Assembly (NCBI GenBank): GCA_902605865.1 | Contig: CACLEJ010000001.1 | Location: 44,903-108,902, forward strand | Length of the DNA: 64,000 nt | Source: an uncultured Pelagibacteraceae bacterium | GTDB taxonomy: Bacteria; Pseudomonadota; Alphaproteobacteria; Pelagibacterales; Pelagibacteraceae | Reading direction: 5' to 3' | Part shown: positions 56,727-64,000 of the stretch, one piece after another | Layout: each line of letters starts with the position of its first letter | How positions within the stretch are numbered: the first letter of the stretch is position 1 | Notes under the pieces: model-generated | Database searches by the model: none | What the model was told of the DNA's origin: nothing | The model's input: only the letters and a program-made list of their open reading frames with translations | Program-made: the position numbers and the translations under genes

Positions 56727-58000
56727 AGACTAACTAGATCTTTATTAGACCACTCTATTTTAATTTCTGCACCACCTCTTGTCTCGGAATTTCTAATTAA
56801 AAGTTTTGCCTTATTTTTTTCTAATAAAGTTTTACCTATAAATATTCCCAAGCCCAACCCCGCTCTTGATTTATTTTTAGATTGTAATGATTTTATGTAT
56901 GGATCTCCAATTTTGGTTAATATATCTTTTGGAAATCCCGTTCCATCATCTTCAATAGATATCGAGGAGTTTTCACTGTCACTTGTTATTGAAATATAAA
57001 TATTTTTTTTTGCAAACTTATTTGCATTTCCAATAAAATTTCTTATACCATAAACAACTTCAATTAATTTGGAAATTTCAAAAGAATTATAATTCTGCTC
57101 AGTATTAATGATAAAATTTTTGTCTGATATTTGTTTAAAAGAATTTACAATTTCTTTCACATAGCTATTGAGAGTAATGTCCTTGTCTATAAAATCATCT
57201 TCAACTACAGGGTTTAAAGACAATTTTTTTAATATTACATTGCATCTATCAACTTGGCTTTGAAGTAATTCAACATCTTTTTTTAATTCTTTATTATTTT
57301 TAAAATTTTCATACAAATCTTGAGAAATAATTTTAATTGTAGAAAGAGGTGTACCTAAAGAATGAGCGGCGGCGGCGGCTTGTCCACCCAAAGAAACTAA
57401 TTCATTCTCTTTAGAAATAACTTCCTGAATTTTATCTAATGCATTTTTTCTAACTTTTGACTCATTTCCAAATGTTAAAGCAAAAAAACTCAGGAAAATA
57501 AGTGCAATAATTAAAGCTAAAGGGACCGAATAATAATAGTAATTACTAAAAATATAATCATTTAATGGTGAAGGTAATTCTTGATGATAGAAAGTAAGAA
57601 AAACAATTGAAGAAATTGTCAAAATTATTAATAAAATATTTGTTCTAACGCTTAAGCTATTTGAGGCAAAAATACTCGGTATAATTAAGAATATTGAGAA
57701 TGGATTTATAGTACCGCCGGTTAAATAAAGCAAAAAACTTAATTGTACAATATCTAGGGTAAGAAAGGTTAAAGATATTTGTTCTTGTAATTGATTTTTT
57801 TTAAAAAAATAAAATAAGAAAATATTACTTAAGGCACCTAATAAAACTATAATATTTGCTAGTAAAAAATTAAATTCAAATTTAAATAAGAATGCAACAG
57901 CATTTATGGTAATAAATTGACCTATTACACCTATCCATCTTAAATTAACGTATGTAATTTTATTTAAGTACGAAGATTTGGAATTGTTACTTAACTCCAT
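56723..58000 (-). CDS. regB: RegB/PrrB/ActS-family redox-sensing histidine kinase
   Basis: Six N-terminal TM helices, quinone-site heptapeptide GGTINPF (GGxxNPF), H-box [18 protein letters not shown], Cys in VDRCNVIL and a HATPase C-terminus. Confidence 0.82.
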   Translation of the reverse strand: MELSNNSKSSYLNKITYVNLRWIGVIGQFITINAVAFLFKFEFNFLLANIIVLLGALSNIFLFYFFKKNQLQEQISLTFLTLDIVQLSFLLYLTGGTINPFSIFLIIPSIFASNSLSVRTNILLIILTISSIVFLTFYHQELPSPLNDYIFSNYYYYSVPLALIIALIFLSFFALTFGNESKVRKNALDKIQEVISKENELVSLGGQAAAAAHSLGTPLSTIKIISQDLYENFKNNKELKKDVELLQSQVDRCNVILKKLSLNPVVEDDFIDKDITLNSYVKEIVNSFKQISDKNFIINTEQNYNSFEISKLIEVVYGIRNFIGNANKFAKKNIYISITSDSENSSISIEDDGTGFPKDILTKIGDPYIKSLQSKNKSRAGLGLGIFIGKTLLEKNKAKLLIRNSETRGGAEIKIEWSNKDLVSL

Positions 58001-58003
58001 TAA

Positions 58004-60067
<2,064 letters not shown>

Positions 60068-60232
60068 TTATAAGGAATAGTCTTTTATACCATTTTTAAA
60101 ATTTTTAATAAAATCTCTTAAGACCTTAAGCTTAAATTAGTAAGTATTATCAACGATAATATTAGATTTTTAAAAAAATTTTTCTATTCTTTGATTTTTT
60201 TGAATAAAAGCCATTTTTAGATTGAAAATTAA

Positions 60233-60322
60233 TGGCGGAGAGAATGGGATTCGAACCCATGATAGAGTTTCCCCTATACACGCTTTCCAAGCGTGCGCCT
60301 TCAACCACTCGGCCACCTCTCC
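60233..60322 (-). tRNA. tRNA-Ser (GGA)
   Basis: 90 nt class II tRNA on the minus strand: GGAGAGGTGGCCGAGTGGTTGAAGGCGCACGCTTGGAAAGCGTG...GGGTTCGAATCCCATTCTCTCCGCCA. Anticodon loop TTGGAAA and a long variable arm. Confidence 0.93.
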
Positions 60323-60324
60323 AT

Positions 60325-62136
60325 TTATTTCTCTTTAGATATTTTGAGTACACCTATAAATGCCTCTTGTGGGATCTCAACTTTTCCAAATTGTTTAGCC
60401 CTTGCTTTTCCCTTTTTTTGTTTTTCAAGTAACTTTCTTTTTCTATCTGTAGCTCCACCACCATGAATTTTTGTTAAAACATCTTTTTTAAAACCTTTAA
60501 TTGTTTCTCTTGCAATAATCTTTCCACCTATTGCCGCTTGAACTGGTATCATAAAATTATGCCTTGGTATTAAGTCTTTTAATTTTTCACAAACCTCTCT
60601 ACCCATTTTTTGAGCAAAATCTTTATGTATCATCATAGCTAAAGCATCCACTGGTTCTGTATTTACAAGAATACCCATCTTTACAAGATCTCCTTCTCTA
60701 TGACCAATTATTTCGTAATCAAAACTTGCATATCCACTTGTCATTGATTTTAATCTATCATTAAAATCAAATACTACTTCATTTAAAGGTAGTTCATAAT
60801 TTACAACTGCTCTATTTCCTGAGTAGCTTAAGTTTGTTTGAACTCCTCTTTTATCCTGACATATTTTTATTATAGGTCCTAAGTACTGATCAGGTGTAAT
60901 AATTGTTGCTTTGATCCAAGGTTCTTCAATAAATTTTATCAAACTTGGATCTGGCAAACTTGATGGATTTTGTAAATCTTTTATCTCACCATTATTCGTA
61001 TGGATCTTATATACAACGCCAGGAGTTGTAGTTAATAGATTTATATCAAATTCTCTTTCAAGCCTTTCTGTAACTATTTCTAAGTGCAACAAACCTAAAA
61101 AACCACACCTAAAACCTAAACCTAAAGCTGAAGAAGACTCAGGCTCAAAAGAAAAGCTAGAGTCATTTAATTTTAATTTAGCTAATCCATCTTTTAATTT
61201 TTGATACTCGGAGCTATCGACTGGAAATAATCCACAAAACACTACTGGTTTACTTGGCTTAAAACCAGGTAATGACTCTTTTAATGGTTTGGATGCATCA
61301 CAAATTGTATCTCCGACTTTTGTCTCTGATAAAATTTTTATTCCTGTTGTTATAAACCCAATCTCTCCAGAATTAAGTTCATCAACATCTTTCGGTTTAG
61401 GTGTAAAAACTCCCACTTTCTCAACAAAATATTCCTGATTTGTAGACATCATTTTAATTTTCATATTGTTTTTAATTTTTCCATCAATTACTCTTACTAA
61501 GATAACTACACCTAGATAAGTGTCATACCAACTGTCTACTAATAAACACTTTAGTTTTTGATCTTTTTCACCTTTTGGACCTGGCAGAGTATGTATAATT
61601 TGCTCTAAAATTTCGTCAATACCTTCACCAGTCTTTCCAGAACATGGGACAGCATTGGATGTATCAATACCTATTACATCTTCAATTTGTTTATTTGTTC
61701 TATCAATGTCTGAAGCTGGTAAATCAATTTTATTTAAAACTGGTATTATTTCATGATTTATATCCAGAGCTTGATAAACATTTGCTAATGTTTGAGCCTC
61801 TACACCCTGAGTACTGTCCACAATTAATATTGAACCTTCGCAAGCATACAAAGATCTACTTACTTCATAGCTAAAGTCAACATGACCTGGGGTATCTATA
61901 ATATTTAGAATATAATTTTTTCCATCTTTAGATTTATAATTTAATTTTACCGTTTGAGCTTTAATAGTTATACCTCTCTCTCTTTCAATATCCATCGAGT
62001 CGAGCACTTGAGCTTTCATTTCTCTGTCTGTCAAACCACCACATTTATGTATAATTCTATCTGCTATAGTTGATTTGCCATGGTCAATATGGGCAATGAT
62101 TGCAAAATTTCTGATATTATCAATTTCAGTAGACAT
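60325..62136 (-). CDS. lepA: Elongation factor 4 (LepA)
   Basis: 603 aa with [17 protein letters not shown] and NKID GTPase motifs plus a LepA C-terminal domain. Confidence 0.95.
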   Translation of the reverse strand: MSTEIDNIRNFAIIAHIDHGKSTIADRIIHKCGGLTDREMKAQVLDSMDIERERGITIKAQTVKLNYKSKDGKNYILNIIDTPGHVDFSYEVSRSLYACEGSILIVDSTQGVEAQTLANVYQALDINHEIIPVLNKIDLPASDIDRTNKQIEDVIGIDTSNAVPCSGKTGEGIDEILEQIIHTLPGPKGEKDQKLKCLLVDSWYDTYLGVVILVRVIDGKIKNNMKIKMMSTNQEYFVEKVGVFTPKPKDVDELNSGEIGFITTGIKILSETKVGDTICDASKPLKESLPGFKPSKPVVFCGLFPVDSSEYQKLKDGLAKLKLNDSSFSFEPESSSALGLGFRCGFLGLLHLEIVTERLEREFDINLLTTTPGVVYKIHTNNGEIKDLQNPSSLPDPSLIKFIEEPWIKATIITPDQYLGPIIKICQDKRGVQTNLSYSGNRAVVNYELPLNEVVFDFNDRLKSMTSGYASFDYEIIGHREGDLVKMGILVNTEPVDALAMMIHKDFAQKMGREVCEKLKDLIPRHNFMIPVQAAIGGKIIARETIKGFKKDVLTKIHGGGATDRKRKLLEKQKKGKARAKQFGKVEIPQEAFIGVLKISKEK

Positions 62137-64000
62137 TTAGGATCTAATTTTTGCGCCAGATTTAGTTTCTACAGTTGAAATAATTAACTTATTAATTTTT
62201 TCAAGATCGCTCTCTTCTAGAGTCTTTTCAGATGATTGAATTGTTACATTGAGAGCTATCGACTTTTTGTCTTGAGGAATATTTTCACCTTCATAAATAT
62301 CAAAAATTTTAATAGATCTAATTAAATTTTTATCAATTGATGATATTATTTCTATTAAATCTTGTGCCTTAAAATTTTTATCTACAACAAATGCAAAGTC
62401 TCTTTCTGATTTTTGATAATCTGAGTACTCAAAATTTGTTTTTAGATCTTTAAGCTTTATTTTATTTTCCCTTAGATAATCCATATAAATTTCAAAACCA
62501 ACCAGACCTTCAGTTTTAATATCAAGTTTTTTTAAAATATTTGGATGGATTTCACCAAAATAAGCAACTGGTTCTTTTTCATCCTTATCTAGATAGATAG
62601 AACCAGATTTTCCTGGATGATAATATGAAGGAGATTTATCTCTCACAAAAAAACTTTGCTTGTCGTATCCAGCTTCGACTAGTGTTTGAATTACATCCTT
62701 CTTCACGTCAAAAACATCAACTATCCTCTCTTTTTCGTTCCAATTTAATCTTGATATTTTTCCTGATTTTATTGCACCAATTACTGTCAACTGCTCACCA
62801 GGCTTACTACTCTTAAAAATTGGTCCAATTTCAAACAGCGAAATATCTTTAAATCCTCTGTCTAAATTTTTCTTTATATAAAAAGTCAAATTTGTGAATA
62901 TCGAATTTCGCAAAACATCTAATTCTGAACTTATTGGATTTACTATTTTTATTTCTTTTAAAGTTTCTTTAAAAAGTTTGTTTATTTTTGAATCTGTGAA
63001 TGACCATGTTACAGTCTCAAAATAACCTTTGGATGCCACAGAACGTTGCAGAAAGTGAAAGAGTTTTTGTTGTGCGTTTAAAGTATCTTTTATTTTAGTT
63101 CTTTCAGGTTGTAAGGTTTCTATATTCTCATATCCTTTAATTCTTACTATTTCTTCGACTATATCAATTGGTTGAGTTATATCAGGTCTCCAAGTGGGTA
63201 TTTTTAAATTTAATTCAAATTTTTCCTTAGAAACTTCAAATCCTAGATCAGTTAAAATTTTAATTATTTCATTATCATTTACTTTAAAACCAGTTATTTT
63301 TTCAAATAAGGAGACATTAAATTTAATTTTATTCTTTTCATGCTTATCTGTTTGTTGAATATCAAAATTACTGATTTTACCACCACAAATCTCAGATATC
63401 AATTCAGCAGCTTTTGACAAACCTAACTCGATAGAATGAGTATCAATTCCTCTTTCAAATCTGAATTTTGCATCAGTATCAATATTTAATAATTTTGAAG
63501 TTTTTCTAATTGATCTAGGAATAAAATAAGCAGATTCTAATAAAATATTTTTAGTATTAATTTCAGTTCCAGAACGTGTTCCTCCAATGATTCCTCCCAA
63601 GCCTAAAACTCCAGATTTATCAGAAATAACACACATATCATCACCTAATTTATACTCTTTGTTATCAAGAGCTTCGAAAGTTTCACCCTTTTTTGAATTT
63701 CTTACTATAATTTCTTTATCAATTTTATCTGCATCATATGCATGAAGCGGTCTATTTAAGTCTAACATTACATAATTTGTAATATCAACAATTGCTGAAA
63801 TTGGTTTTTGACCAAGTGAAATAATTTTTTCTTTAAGCCATTTAGGACTTTCTTTATTAATAACACCTTCAATTAAGCAACTACCAAATATAGTACAGCC
63901 TTGATTTTTATCTTTTGTGATTGAAACTTTAATTTTTTGTGATCCATTATTTTTAATATTATTAAGTGGAATTTTTTTTAATTTACCAACTCCAGCAGCA
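62137..64000 (-). CDS. pheT: Phenylalanine--tRNA ligase beta subunit, 3' portion (gene start beyond window end)
   Basis: The frame stays open from 63768 to nt 64000 (…[12 protein letters not shown]…). B3/4, B5 and FDX-ACB domain order, ending [12 protein letters not shown]. Confidence 0.9.
   Translation of the reverse strand, partial: AAGVGKLKKIPLNNIKNNGSQKIKVSITKDKNQGCTIFGSCLIEGVINKESPKWLKEKIISLGQKPISAIVDITNYVMLDLNRPLHAYDADKIDKEIIVRNSKKGETFEALDNKEYKLGDDMCVISDKSGVLGLGGIIGGTRSGTEINTKNILLESAYFIPRSIRKTSKLLNIDTDAKFRFERGIDTHSIELGLSKAAELISEICGGKISNFDIQQTDKHEKNKIKFNVSLFEKITGFKVNDNEIIKILTDLGFEVSKEKFELNLKIPTWRPDITQPIDIVEEIVRIKGYENIETLQPERTKIKDTLNAQQKLFHFLQRSVASKGYFETVTWSFTDSKINKLFKETLKEIKIVNPISSELDVLRNSIFTNLTFYIKKNLDRGFKDISLFEIGPIFKSSKPGEQLTVIGAIKSGKISRLNWNEKERIVDVFDVKKDVIQTLVEAGYDKQSFFVRDKSPSYYHPGKSGSIYLDKDEKEPVAYFGEIHPNILKKLDIKTEGLVGFEIYMDYLRENKIKLKDLKTNFEYSDYQKSERDFAFVVDKNFKAQDLIEIISSIDKNLIRSIKIFDIYEGENIPQDKKSIALNVTIQSSEKTLEESDLEKINKLIISTVETKSGAKIRS

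Noticed and set aside
60145-60161. Palindrome TATTATC-AAC-GATAATA upstream of parE as a dif/Xer site or operator
   Set aside because: Arm and spacer geometry does not match the 11-6-11 dif layout I know. Short AT-rich palindromes are expected by chance in this composition.
60162-60432. ORFs 60162-60353 (minus strand) and 60232-60432 (plus strand)
   Set aside because: They overlap the tRNA-Ser gene and the lepA 3' end. These are artefacts of an open frame across a structured RNA gene.

Overview
The window is strongly AT-rich and extremely gene-dense. I call about 76 protein genes, 4 tRNAs (His, Phe, Thr, Ser) and one SRP (4.5S) RNA. Spacers are mostly 0-20 nt, and many start/stop codons overlap. 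Gene content and order are typical of an alphaproteobacterial core genome: gcrA, DUF2948 between murA and hisD, bolA-J-domain-cobS-cobT, regB, hisS-hisZ-hisG, rpmH-rnpA-yidD-yidC-argB, dapD-dapE and truA-fmt-def. The compaction and composition fit a streamlined SAR11/Pelagibacterales-like genome, but that assignment is inference only. I found no rRNA, CRISPR array, IS element, integrase, prophage or recognisable defence island. This looks like ordinary housekeeping DNA, and I see no compelling multi-gene novel system. The best candidate is in the only large spacer (34460-34690). It holds a 24-codon ORF with 4 His codons in 7 positions that runs into a terminator-like hairpin. That ORF lies directly upstream of tRNA-His, whose CCA end is 4 nt from the hisS start codon, followed by hisZ and hisG. 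Together these look like a possible histidine-sensing leader for a tRNA/synthetase/biosynthesis operon. Other points worth a second look:
- Non-canonical residues at normally invariant positions in Cmk (P-loop Lys missing), TrpB, ArgF and FolC.
- A tail-anchor-like extension on AccA.
- An exonuclease I / PD-(D/E)XK nuclease / RmuC string.
- An adjacent HDAC-like and SET-domain gene pair.
- The cobS/cobT-like AAA+/VWA pair with J-domain and BolA neighbours.
- Two small Lys-rich ORFs coupled to dcd.
- Stable RNA genes packed within 2-6 nt of coding sequences.
All motif comparisons were made by eye from remembered family consensus sequences and need alignment or search confirmation.
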